20,000 nt of DNA from an uncultured virus (IMG/VR IMGVR_UViG_3300020137_000030) (Duplodnaviria; Heunggongvirae; Uroviricota; Caudoviricetes), in the IMG/VR virus record IMGVR_UViG_3300020137_000030. One strand, given 5' to 3'. A program made the position numbers and the translations under genes. Below, in pieces: positions 6,137 through 14,168 of this stretch (position 1 is the first letter of the stretch; each line of letters opens with the position of its first letter). The notes under the pieces were generated by a model. It was not told the origin of the DNA. It made no database searches and saw only the letters and a list, made by a program, of their open reading frames with translations.

Positions 6137-6865
6137 ATGGCAACCACGGAGACCGCCCTGGCCTGGACCGACGTCGAGACGACCGGCCTGACCGCACACA
6201 CCGACCACCTGCTCGAGGTGGCGATCGTCATGACCGACCTGGACCTGGTCGAGCTCGACCCGGTCGGCTTCCAGGCCAAGGTGCTCCACACCAAGGAGCA
6301 GGCTGACCGGATGCGCGCACAGGCGGGCCCCGTCGTGCGGGAGATGCACGACCGCACCGGCCTGTGGGACGCGATCACCGACCCCAGGCAGGCCCGACCG
6401 CTCGAGGAGGTCGCGGCGCGGGCGCTGGCGTACGTGCGCCGCTTCGCACCGGCGCCCCGCTCGGCCCGGCTGGCCGGCAGCTCGTGCCGTCTGGACCTCA
6501 ACTTCGTCGACGAGCACCTGCCCGCCCTCGCCAAGCACCTGCACTACCGGATGCTGGACGTGTCGTCGTGGGTCGGCCCGGCGCAGTGGTGGGCCGGTGT
6601 GGAACCGATGGAGAAGAAGCTCGCGCACACCGCCATGGCGGACATCCGCGAGTCGATCAACGAGATGCGCTTCGTGCGTGCCGCACTGGGGCTGGGCCAG
6701 CCGCGTCCGCTGCGGACGGTCAAGGAGGTCGCCTACGAGCTCGGCGTGTCCACCCACGTGGTCAAGGCCCACATCGCCGCGGGGCGTCTGCCGTCGGTGA
6801 CGCTGCCGGACGGCAAGGTTCGCATCAGCCCGGTCGACGTGGCCAGGTTTGTCCACGGCGGGTGA
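6137..6865 (+). CDS. orn: Oligoribonuclease (DEDDh) fused to a C-terminal excisionase-like HTH
   Basis: WTDVETTGL, MHDRTGL, HLHYRMLDVSS, HTAMADIRESINE; tail LRTVKEVAYELGVS..IAAGRLP..RI. Confidence 0.88.
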   Translation: MATTETALAWTDVETTGLTAHTDHLLEVAIVMTDLDLVELDPVGFQAKVLHTKEQADRMRAQAGPVVREMHDRTGLWDAITDPRQARPLEEVAARALAYVRRFAPAPRSARLAGSSCRLDLNFVDEHLPALAKHLHYRMLDVSSWVGPAQWWAGVEPMEKKLAHTAMADIRESINEMRFVRAALGLGQPRPLRTVKEVAYELGVSTHVVKAHIAAGRLPSVTLPDGKVRISPVDVARFVHGG

Positions 6866-6949
6866 CGTCCCGGCGCGCCTCGCACCTCACCTTCCGGCGG
6901 TGACCTACCGTGGTCGTCGGCAGTAGGCGCCGCCGCCGAGGGCACCGTG

Positions 6950-6957
6950 CCGCACAT
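6950..6957 (+). promoter_or_regulatory. CCGCACAT putative -10-like element
   Basis: 9 nt before ATG 6967. Confidence 0.8.
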
Positions 6958-6966
6958 CTGTGAGCC

Positions 6967-7314
6967 ATGGAGCCCACCGCACGCATGGTCCGCAGAACCG
7001 AGACCGTCGAGGTCACCGCTCTACTGGAGGTGGCAGGCCTCGACCCGGTCGGCGGCGTGGACCTCCACAGGGTCGACGTCGTCGCATGGCTGAGCGGCGA
7101 CCGCTCAGGCGTCCGCCTGCGACTGGTCGGCACGAACACCAACGGCGTCACCCGCGACGGCAGGTTCAGTGCTCCGCACGCCGCCGGGGCGGACCCGACC
7201 GACCCGCACAACACGTGGCACGGCCACGTGAACGACCTGCCGCGCGAGCTCCTGGAGCTCACCGAGAAGGCCACGGGCATCCGGTTCGCCGACTACAGCC
7301 AGGAGGACGCGTGA
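6967..7314 (+). CDS. Hypothetical protein (115 aa)
   Basis: Leaderless-type start after the motif; GTGA-coupled to the downstream methyltransferase. Confidence 0.75.
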   Translation: MEPTARMVRRTETVEVTALLEVAGLDPVGGVDLHRVDVVAWLSGDRSGVRLRLVGTNTNGVTRDGRFSAPHAAGADPTDPHNTWHGHVNDLPRELLELTEKATGIRFADYSQEDA

Positions 7315-8243
7315 GCGTCGACGCGATCGACCTGTTCGCCGGGTTCGGCGGCCTGACCCTCGGAGCCGAGCAGGCAGGCGCGAACGTCGTGTGGGCAGGC
7401 AACCACTGGCCGACGGCGGTCGCCACCCACGCCCGCAACCACCCACGCACCGTCCACGCCTGCCAGGACCTGCGCCAGACCGACTGGACCACCCTGCCCG
7501 CCTACCGCCTGCTGTGCGCCGCACCCGCATGCCAACCGCACAGCAGCGCCTCTCAGCCCAAGCGCCGCAAGGACGCCGAAGCCGTCCGGGCGACCGCGTT
7601 CGCCGTGATCGACTGCGCCGACGTCACCGAGCCGGAGGCGATCATCGTGGAGAACGTGCCAAACTTCGTCCGCTGGCGCCTGTACCCGTGGTGGAAGGAA
7701 GGGCTCGAGCGCCTGGGCTACCAGGTCGAGCCAAGGATCGTCACGGCTTCCCGCATGGGGGTCCCGCAGCGCCGCACACGCCTGTTCGTGGTCGCGACGC
7801 GCCCGGGCGTGACGGTCCGGCCGTTCCAGGTCCAGGACGTCGAGCCTGCGATCGGCCCGCACCTGCTGACCGACGACCAGGTCCCCGCCACCGCGTGGAG
7901 GTCCGTCGCCGAGGCCACCGCAGGAGTGCGTTCGCGCGTCTGCCGGGGGCGTGAGCGTCACGGGGTGCGGTTCCTCACCCAGCACGTCACCGGGCATCCC
8001 GGCGTGCCGCTGCACGAGCCGATCCGAACCATCACGACCGCGGCCCAGCACTGGAACCTCGTCGACGGCGACCGGTACCGGCCGCTCGCGCCGCGTGAGC
8101 TCGCGCGCGCCAGCGGCTTCCCGGACACGTTCGCGTGGGACGAGTCGCTCAGCATCGCGGACGTGACCAAAGGCATCGGCAACGCCGTGTGCCCACCGGT
8201 CGGCCGAGAGGTCGTCTCAGCGGTCCTGGACGCCATCGGATAG
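7311..8243 (+). CDS. DNA (cytosine-5) methyltransferase, orphan
   Basis: DLFAGFGG, APACQPHS, IVENV, PQRRTRLF, RELARASGFP, IGNAV; SD AGGAGG before the GTG. Confidence 0.92.
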   Translation: MSVDAIDLFAGFGGLTLGAEQAGANVVWAGNHWPTAVATHARNHPRTVHACQDLRQTDWTTLPAYRLLCAAPACQPHSSASQPKRRKDAEAVRATAFAVIDCADVTEPEAIIVENVPNFVRWRLYPWWKEGLERLGYQVEPRIVTASRMGVPQRRTRLFVVATRPGVTVRPFQVQDVEPAIGPHLLTDDQVPATAWRSVAEATAGVRSRVCRGRERHGVRFLTQHVTGHPGVPLHEPIRTITTAAQHWNLVDGDRYRPLAPRELARASGFPDTFAWDESLSIADVTKGIGNAVCPPVGREVVSAVLDAIG

Positions 8244-8264
8244 CGTCGCCCCGCACGGGCGGGC

Positions 8265-9116
8265 TCAGGCGGGTCGCACGGACTCGACCGGGGCCCGCAC
8301 GAGCCTCCCACGGTCGCGCAGGTGGACCACCACACTGGTGCGCCCGACCCTGGTGACCGGCCCCGACTCGCCGTCGTACTCGTGGCCGGGCAGGTCGATC
8401 GTGACGGTGTCGCCCACCTTGAGCGTGACCGTCGCCTTCGGTTCCGGGTGGCGGGCGACGGCGGCAGCGACCTGCGGGTCGACGACGTTGCGGGTCCACT
8501 CGAAGCGCCGCTCGTCGGGGGCCTGGTCGCGCGGGTGGTCTCGGTGCCCGCAGTAGCCCAGCGTGCGCTTGCGCGGCGACGGCATCCGACCCTGCGTGAC
8601 GGTGTGCCCCGACGGGCAGGTCCCCACGACCGCCGCGGTCTGGACGGTGACGTCCTGGTCGAGCCGGACCGTGGCTGTCGGGTCGGCCCCGAGACGCAGC
8701 GCGGTCGCCTGCCAGCGTGACCCGTGCCCGTCGTGCGGGCCGCACAACGCGTGGGCGACCTCGTGCAGGACCGTGTCGAGCCGCTCGGCGCCGTCCACCG
8801 CGGCCATCTTCGGCCCGGACAGGACGATCAGCCGCCGGGCGTGGTGGGTGGACCCCAGCCGGGACCCGAGCTTGGACGTGTACGCGAGCGTCCAGTCGTG
8901 CAGTCCGTGCTCGTCCATCGTCTTGCGCGCCTGCACGTACAGGGCGTCGAGCAGGTCTCCGGGTGCGACGTGCGGGTCGTCGGCGTACGGGTCGACGGCG
9001 GGTGGTTGCGCCTCGAGCGTGACGGCGGGCTCGTCGCGCGCCTTCGTGACGAACTGGCCTGCCCCGGCCCCGGGGGCACGGTTGCGCGGGTGGGCGGACT
9101 CGACGAACGTTGCCAT
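8265..9116 (-). CDS. SprT-like zinc metalloprotease domain protein with N-terminal HPR peptide and C-terminal SH3/KOW-like domain
   Basis: LLDALY..HGLHDW..RLG..TVLHEVAHAL..GHGSRWQ; tail LKVGDTVTI..GPVTRVGRTSVVV. Confidence 0.85.
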   Translation of the reverse strand: MATFVESAHPRNRAPGAGAGQFVTKARDEPAVTLEAQPPAVDPYADDPHVAPGDLLDALYVQARKTMDEHGLHDWTLAYTSKLGSRLGSTHHARRLIVLSGPKMAAVDGAERLDTVLHEVAHALCGPHDGHGSRWQATALRLGADPTATVRLDQDVTVQTAAVVGTCPSGHTVTQGRMPSPRKRTLGYCGHRDHPRDQAPDERRFEWTRNVVDPQVAAAVARHPEPKATVTLKVGDTVTIDLPGHEYDGESGPVTRVGRTSVVVHLRDRGRLVRAPVESVRPA

Positions 9117-9125
9117 GCCCGATGG

Positions 9126-9133
9126 ATGTGCGG
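9126..9133 (-). promoter_or_regulatory. CCGCACAT putative -10-like element (minus strand)
   Basis: ATGTGCGG on +; 9 nt before the minus-strand ATG at 9116. Confidence 0.8.
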
Positions 9134-9141
9134 GGCGGGTG

Positions 9142-9149
9142 CCGCACAT
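9142..9149 (+). promoter_or_regulatory. CCGCACAT putative -10-like element
   Basis: 9 nt before ATG 9159. Confidence 0.8.
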
Positions 9150-9158
9150 CGAAGCAGC

Positions 9159-9485
9159 ATGGACACGACCGCCGAGCCGATGGAGCGCACCTGCATGATC
9201 TGCGGGCGCAGCGAGCTGGATCACCCCGCGCGCGGCTGGCGCAACGCCTGCTTGGTCGCGTTCGAGGCGAGCCGCTCCACCTACGCGCAGGGGGAGCAGC
9301 GTGCATCTCTGGGCCTGTGGCCCGCCGCGGCGTGGGAGGCGTTCCAGCGGCTGCACGCCCTGACCGCGGCCACGTTCCGTGACGCGCCGGAGCCGGACGT
9401 CGCCGAGTGGGTGGACCGCCTGCAGGCCGAACGGTCCCGTCAGGGGCGCGGCAGCCTCTACCAGCTGCCCGTCCCGCTGTTCTGA
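9159..9485 (+). CDS. Hypothetical protein (108 aa) with CxxC..H..C motif
   Basis: MDTTAEPMERTCMICGRSELDH..NAC; start fixed by motif spacing. Confidence 0.7.
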   Translation: MDTTAEPMERTCMICGRSELDHPARGWRNACLVAFEASRSTYAQGEQRASLGLWPAAAWEAFQRLHALTAATFRDAPEPDVAEWVDRLQAERSRQGRGSLYQLPVPLF

Positions 9486-9509
9486 GCAGGCTGCGGGCAG
9501 GCGTCGACG

Positions 9510-9517
9510 CCGCACAT
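9510..9517 (+). promoter_or_regulatory. CCGCACAT putative -10-like element
   Basis: 9 nt before ATG 9527. Confidence 0.8.
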
Positions 9518-9526
9518 CTGTCCGGC

Positions 9527-10489
9527 ATGAGCCAGGACCTCGGACAGCACCGCGGCGGCTTCCGCCGCTACGTCTCGCCCCTGCGCTACCCGGGCGGGAA
9601 GGCGCGCATGGCGCCGTTCCTGGCTGACGTGTTCGCCGAGCAGGTCGGCGAGCTCGCGGTGGAGGTCTGGTTCGAGCCGTTCGCCGGGGGTGCCGGGGCT
9701 GCGCTCACCCTGCTGGACGCCGACGCCGTCCCGGAGGTGTGGCTGGTGGAGAAGCATCCCGCCATCGCGGCGATGTGGCGCACCGTCCTGGCCGACGGCG
9801 CGCACCTGGCGGCTCGGGTCGAGGCGGCCGTCCCGGACCTGGCGCTGTACGCCTGGGCGCGCGGCGTCGTGGCGGCCTCGGGCGACGAGCATGACGACGC
9901 GGACCTGGGGTTCGCCGCCCTGGTCCTGAACCGGTGCTCCCGCTCGGGGATCGTGCACCCGTCCAGCGGCCCCATCGGCGGCAAGCACCAGACCGGTCGT
10001 TGGACGGTCGCCTCCCGCTGGAACGGGCCGTCCTTGGCCGAGCGGATCCGGCATGTTGCCCGTCTCGCACCCCGGATCAGGTTCTGGCAGGGCGATGCCG
10101 TGGCGGCACTGGAGGAGCTGGCGGGGTCGGGGATCGAGGACGAGGTGCTGGCGTTCGTCGACCCTCCGTACCTGCGGGAGGGCAACCGCCTGTACGCCAA
10201 CGGCATGTCCCAGCACGACCACCAGCGGCTCGCCGACGTCTTGAACGTCAGTCCGGCGCGCTGGCTGCTCACCTACGACGACGAGCCTGCCGTGGCCCGT
10301 GATCTGTACCCCGAGCGCCGCGTCCTGGCCTACCGGATCGCGAACACTGCGAACCGGGTGCGCATCGCGACGGAGCACGCCGTCCTGTCGCCGCACCTGG
10401 ACCTGCCTGTCGGTCTGGAGATGCTTCCCGGCGCGCAGGTCTCGTGGGTGCGGGCTCGCGACCTGGGGACGTACCGCGCGGCCGGGTGA
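9527..10489 (+). CDS. DNA adenine methyltransferase (D12/Dam-like family), orphan
   Basis: SPLRYPGGK, EPFAGGAG, LNRCSRSG, FVDPPY, WLLTYD. Confidence 0.92.
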   Translation: MSQDLGQHRGGFRRYVSPLRYPGGKARMAPFLADVFAEQVGELAVEVWFEPFAGGAGAALTLLDADAVPEVWLVEKHPAIAAMWRTVLADGAHLAARVEAAVPDLALYAWARGVVAASGDEHDDADLGFAALVLNRCSRSGIVHPSSGPIGGKHQTGRWTVASRWNGPSLAERIRHVARLAPRIRFWQGDAVAALEELAGSGIEDEVLAFVDPPYLREGNRLYANGMSQHDHQRLADVLNVSPARWLLTYDDEPAVARDLYPERRVLAYRIANTANRVRIATEHAVLSPHLDLPVGLEMLPGAQVSWVRARDLGTYRAAG

Positions 10490-10510
10490 ACTTCGCCCCC
10501 GAGCCTGGTG

Positions 10511-10657
10511 GTCCCGCCCATGCGGGCGAGGGGACGGCCGCACACTAGGCGGCACGAGCAGCAGCGCCCCCGTCCCGCCCACGCGGGCGAGGGGACGGCG
10601 TCAGGGCGCGGTAGGTGGCGGTGCACGCCTGGGTCCCGCCCACGCGGCACGGGACGG
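10511..10657. CRISPR. CRISPR-like mini-array: three palindromic 28-nt repeats with 61-bp period and two 33-nt spacers
   Basis: GTCCCGCCCAYGCGGGCGAGGGGACGGC at 10511 and 10572 (27/28 identical); degenerate copy at 10633; no cas genes in the window. Confidence 0.45.
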
Positions 10658-10669
10658 GACACCGGGGCG

Positions 10670-10677
10670 CCGCACAT
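10670..10677 (+). promoter_or_regulatory. CCGCACAT putative -10-like element
   Basis: 9 nt before ATG 10687. Confidence 0.8.
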
Positions 10678-10686
10678 AGGTGCCGC

Positions 10687-11646
10687 ATGAGTACCACCCG
10701 AGCCACACCGCTGATGGTCCCCACCAAGGCGCACACGCCACCGCAGATGGTCGTGCCCCGTGCCCGGCCGCCGCGGGCGTCACTGTCCATGCGCACCCTG
10801 TCCAAGCGGGTCGTCGCGTGGGCATGCGTGTGCGACACCGACCCCGAGCCGATGACCGGCACCGTCACGCTCACCACCACGTCCGGCGAGGACGCACCGC
10901 AGTCGGCGTTCATCGAGTGCGTCGACGAGGTGCTCGCCACGCTGGACGGATGGTTCTGCGACCTGGCCGCCCGTCACGGGTGCGACTACGTCGAGCTGGC
11001 GCTGTCGAATCCCGGCCTGCGGGCCGCGATGCTCACGCGCACCGACCTGCGGCACGTGGCGGTCCTGCCGGCGTCGTTCGTCACCGGACGCGACGAGATC
11101 GTCACGGCCAGCGTCGCGCTCGCCGACGAGATGCACCTGCGGCTGATCGCCCCGAGCGCGGACGCGACCGTCGACGTGGCTGTCGCGGTGTCGTTGCGGG
11201 CGCGTCGGCGTGGCGCGGGCCTGGCGTGGGTGCGCCCGGACGGCCTGTACGAGACCCGGTTCGCGGACGTGTCCGACCGGTCGGCGGCGAGCGTCCTCGC
11301 GCTGGCGATGGCGCTGCGCGCCCACCGGTGGCACCCGGGGCGGCTGAACCTGGCCACCGCCGACCGTCTCGCCGCCCGGCTCGCACGCGACGCCATGGCA
11401 TCCCGCGACCTGTCGGTCGTCCCGGCTCGTGCCGCCAGCCAGCGGCACCTGCGGCAGTTCGAGCCGGCCGGTCAGGTGCGGGTGGTCGTCAGCGGCCACG
11501 ACGACGTCCTGGCGTCGGCCGCCGCCCGGCTGGCGTTGCTGTCGCGACGTGACCACGAGGTCGGCATCGAGGGTGCACAGCACCAGGAGCGTGCCACGGC
11601 GGCCGTCCGGGACGAGCTCGGGACGCCGCTGAAGCGTTCGGCTTGA
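10687..11646 (+). CDS. Hypothetical protein, possible degenerate RNase H-like C-terminal domain
   Basis: GAGLAWV..AASVLALAMAL..LNLATAD..VSGHDDVLASAAARLA follows the RNase HI motif order but lacks most acidic residues. Confidence 0.65.
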   Translation: MSTTRATPLMVPTKAHTPPQMVVPRARPPRASLSMRTLSKRVVAWACVCDTDPEPMTGTVTLTTTSGEDAPQSAFIECVDEVLATLDGWFCDLAARHGCDYVELALSNPGLRAAMLTRTDLRHVAVLPASFVTGRDEIVTASVALADEMHLRLIAPSADATVDVAVAVSLRARRRGAGLAWVRPDGLYETRFADVSDRSAASVLALAMALRAHRWHPGRLNLATADRLAARLARDAMASRDLSVVPARAASQRHLRQFEPAGQVRVVVSGHDDVLASAAARLALLSRRDHEVGIEGAQHQERATAAVRDELGTPLKRSA

Positions 11647-11672
11647 GGCGGCGGAAGGTGGGGCGCGGGCCC

Positions 11673-11680
11673 CCGCACAT
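11673..11680 (+). promoter_or_regulatory. CCGCACAT putative -10-like element (leadered nrdH transcript)
   Basis: Exact motif; the extended CCGCACATCTACCCCT is shared with 13359. Confidence 0.7.
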
Positions 11681-11722
11681 CTACCCCTTCACCTACGAGC
11701 CCGACCACCATGAAGGATCGCC

Positions 11723-11983
11723 ATGGCCAGCATCACCGTCTACAGCAAGCCCGCCTGCGTGCAGTGCAACGCCACCTACCGCGCCCTCGACAAGCTCGGC
11801 GCACCGTACACCGTCATCGACATCTCCGAGGACCCGGACGCGCGCGACTTCGCCATGTCGTTCGGCCACCTCAGCGCCCCCGTCGTGGTCGTCGACGGCA
11901 TCGACGGCGTCGACAACTGGGGCGGGTACCGTCCCGACCGGATCAAGGCCGTCGCGGAGCTGATCGCCGCCGAAGCGGCCTGA
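11723..11983 (+). CDS. nrdH: Glutaredoxin-like protein NrdH
   Basis: ITVYSKPACVQCNATYRALDK..APVVVV..WGGYRPDRIK; SD AAGGA. Confidence 0.95.
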   Translation: MASITVYSKPACVQCNATYRALDKLGAPYTVIDISEDPDARDFAMSFGHLSAPVVVVDGIDGVDNWGGYRPDRIKAVAELIAAEAA

Positions 11984-11990
11984 GCCCGCA

Positions 11991-12037
11991 CACGACGAAG
12001 GCCCCGGCGCGAGGGATGCGTCGGGGCCTTCGTCGTG
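11991..12037. terminator. Hairpin with a 20-bp stem between convergent genes (probable bidirectional terminator)
   Basis: CACGACGAAGGCCCCGGCGC / GCGTCGGGGCCTTCGTCGTG. Confidence 0.8.
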
Positions 12038-12044
12038 CCTGGGG

Positions 12045-13280
12045 TCAGGCGGCGGGTGCGCCAGCGAGGTAGTCGCGGTACAGGTCGCGGGCGGGCTCGT
12101 ACGTGGCGGACACCTGCGCCAGGACGTCACGGCCCCGCTCGAGCGCGCCCAGGGCGCGGGTCGCGAGGGCTGCGGGGTCGCCGACGAGCGCTGCGGCGAC
12201 GTCGTCGCTGGCTGCGGCGAGGGCATGCTCGAAGGGGCGCCCCGTGGTCGGGTCGTCGGCGTTGCCGACGGCGACCGACGCGTAGCCGAGCATGCGGCGC
12301 ACCTCGGCGGCGAACACGATCGGCAGGTCGGCCAGGGCCCGCTCGCGCCAGTCCTCACCGAGCGCCTGCGCGACCAGCTCCTGCGTGGCCGGGTCGACGT
12401 CGACGCCGCGCAGCACGTCACAGACGGCGTCCGCGACCTTGCCGGCCTGCTCGCGCAGGTCACCGTCCGCGAGGCGTTCCAGCAGCGCGTAGGCGGCGGT
12501 CAGGAGGTCCTCGCGGGTGGCCTGGACGCCGCCGGTTGCGGGGGAGCCGGTGAGGGCTGGCCGCAGCGTCAGCAGCCACGACCAGTGCATCGCGATGTCG
12601 TCGGCGAGGCGTGCCCAGGTGACCTGGCGCAGCACGGGCAGCAGCGCGTCGGAGTGTTCCAGCGCCCAGTCGCGGTCCTGCACGTCGGTCTCGCCCGCGA
12701 GGTTGATCGAGTCCAGGGCGGGGTCGAACGCGCCGTTCTGCCAGTCGACGATCCTGGCGCAGTCGTCGGGGTCCGCGGGGTCGAGACCGACCAGGGACAG
12801 CACGTCCACCCAGGTGCCCGCCGCCTCGTCGGACTGGTCGAACGTCAGCGTGCCGGACTCGTCCTCGACCAGGTACCCGGGGTGGTACAGGCCCGCCTCG
12901 GTGAGCACCAGGGCGACGCGCAGCGCCCAGGCGTCCTGTTCCTCGACGACGTCGTCACCGAAGCGCTGCCGCTCGGCCAGGTAGGGCGGCAGCCAGAACA
13001 GCGGGTTGCGCAGAGCCTCGGGGTGCACGTGCGGGAAGGCCCGTCGGCTGTCGTACTGGCCGGGGGCGGGCTCCGGGCCCAGGTCGACGTACAGCGGCAG
13101 CGGGACCGTCAGCAGCGGGGTCACCACGGTGTCCTCGACGCTCATCCCGGTGGCGGCCTGCCAGGCGACGAGCCGGTCGCACAGGAGCTCCTCGACGTCG
13201 TGGTCCTCCTGCTGCGCGGTCAGCAGGGAGTCGCCCGCCCCCAGCAGGAACCGGTAACGCCTGGTCGTCGTCTGGCTCAT
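12045..13280 (-). CDS. Hypothetical acidic protein (411 aa)
   Basis: Long ORF with protein-like composition (NPLFWLP, WALRVAL, WVDVLSLVGLD); SD GAGGAAG. Confidence 0.8.
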   Translation of the reverse strand: MSQTTTRRYRFLLGAGDSLLTAQQEDHDVEELLCDRLVAWQAATGMSVEDTVVTPLLTVPLPLYVDLGPEPAPGQYDSRRAFPHVHPEALRNPLFWLPPYLAERQRFGDDVVEEQDAWALRVALVLTEAGLYHPGYLVEDESGTLTFDQSDEAAGTWVDVLSLVGLDPADPDDCARIVDWQNGAFDPALDSINLAGETDVQDRDWALEHSDALLPVLRQVTWARLADDIAMHWSWLLTLRPALTGSPATGGVQATREDLLTAAYALLERLADGDLREQAGKVADAVCDVLRGVDVDPATQELVAQALGEDWRERALADLPIVFAAEVRRMLGYASVAVGNADDPTTGRPFEHALAAASDDVAAALVGDPAALATRALGALERGRDVLAQVSATYEPARDLYRDYLAGAPAA

Positions 13281-13358
13281 CTCTTCCTCGCTTCATCGGC
13301 CGTGTCAACCCCGTGCGCCATAGAACATGCGCCGGAAAGCGACGGGTTGCCGGGCACG

Positions 13359-13366
13359 CCGCACAT
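13359..13366 (+). promoter_or_regulatory. CCGCACAT putative -10-like element
   Basis: 9 nt before ATG 13376. Confidence 0.8.
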
Positions 13367-13375
13367 CTACCCCTC

Positions 13376-14158
13376 ATGAGCGACTTCGAGAGCCTGCACC
13401 CCAGACATTCGGCCGGGACGAGCGGGGCTGGTCAGTTCGCGACGAAGGTGCACGGCGAGTCGTCGGTCAGTCTCGAGGCGTTGGACGCCCCCGGGGGAGC
13501 GGACGCCTTCGTGGACCACATCTGGCGGGCGGCCGCCATGATCCAGTCGTCCGGTGCGCACGGCGCCAGCACGCACGCACGCGCCCTGCTGGCGCTGCAG
13601 GAGCGGGCGCTGGCGCAGACCCCTGACGTCGACCCCGACGTCGCCCGGGACGACTTCTGCGTCCCGATGCTGACGGCCGCGCTCGAGGGGCGCGACGAGC
13701 AGGTGGCGCAGCTCGCCGCACGGCTCGCCGACCTGGACGCGGCAGAGCGGGCGTGGCGCGCCGACCCGACGTTCACCCCGCCGCAGCCGTGGGACGGGCT
13801 CGAGGTGGACGCCGCGACCGGCGCCCAGCACACCCGGGCTGACATCGTGACCGCGCAGCGGGCGGGGTACCTGCCTGCTGGTGCCCGCTTCGAGGTGCGC
13901 CCGTACCAGAGCCCGGCGGGAGGGATCATCGACGTCGTCGTGCGTGACATGCCGGCCCACGACGTCTACCAGGCACAGGCCCCGGCCACCTTCCGTCGCC
14001 GCTACTCGGCGTACGCGGCGCAGGTGCGCGAGCGGGTGCGCCGCATCGGTCAGGTCTACTGCGTGCCGCGGGAGCAGGCGGCAGCGGGCGGCCACGTCAC
14101 GCGGACCTGCTTCGTCGAGATCCAGGACGGCCCCGAGCGCGCGGGCACCAGCATCTGA
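13376..14158 (+). CDS. Hypothetical protein with N-terminal HPR peptide; C-terminus resembles LPD29-like polyvalent-protein domains
   Basis: MSDFESLHPRH..GAGQFATK; RADIVTAQRAGYLPAGARFEVR..GGIIDVVV. Confidence 0.75.
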   Translation: MSDFESLHPRHSAGTSGAGQFATKVHGESSVSLEALDAPGGADAFVDHIWRAAAMIQSSGAHGASTHARALLALQERALAQTPDVDPDVARDDFCVPMLTAALEGRDEQVAQLAARLADLDAAERAWRADPTFTPPQPWDGLEVDAATGAQHTRADIVTAQRAGYLPAGARFEVRPYQSPAGGIIDVVVRDMPAHDVYQAQAPATFRRRYSAYAAQVRERVRRIGQVYCVPREQAAAGGHVTRTCFVEIQDGPERAGTSI

Positions 14159-14168
14159 GAGGCACACC

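Noticed and set aside
10538..10545. CCGCACAC near-matches to the promoter motif (also near 6192, 7772 and 11986)
   Set aside because: The final T is missing, there is no ATG at the 9-nt spacing, and some lie inside CDSs.
13303..13308. TTGACA on the minus strand upstream of the 13280 gene
   Set aside because: There is no plausible -10 hexamer 16-18 nt downstream.
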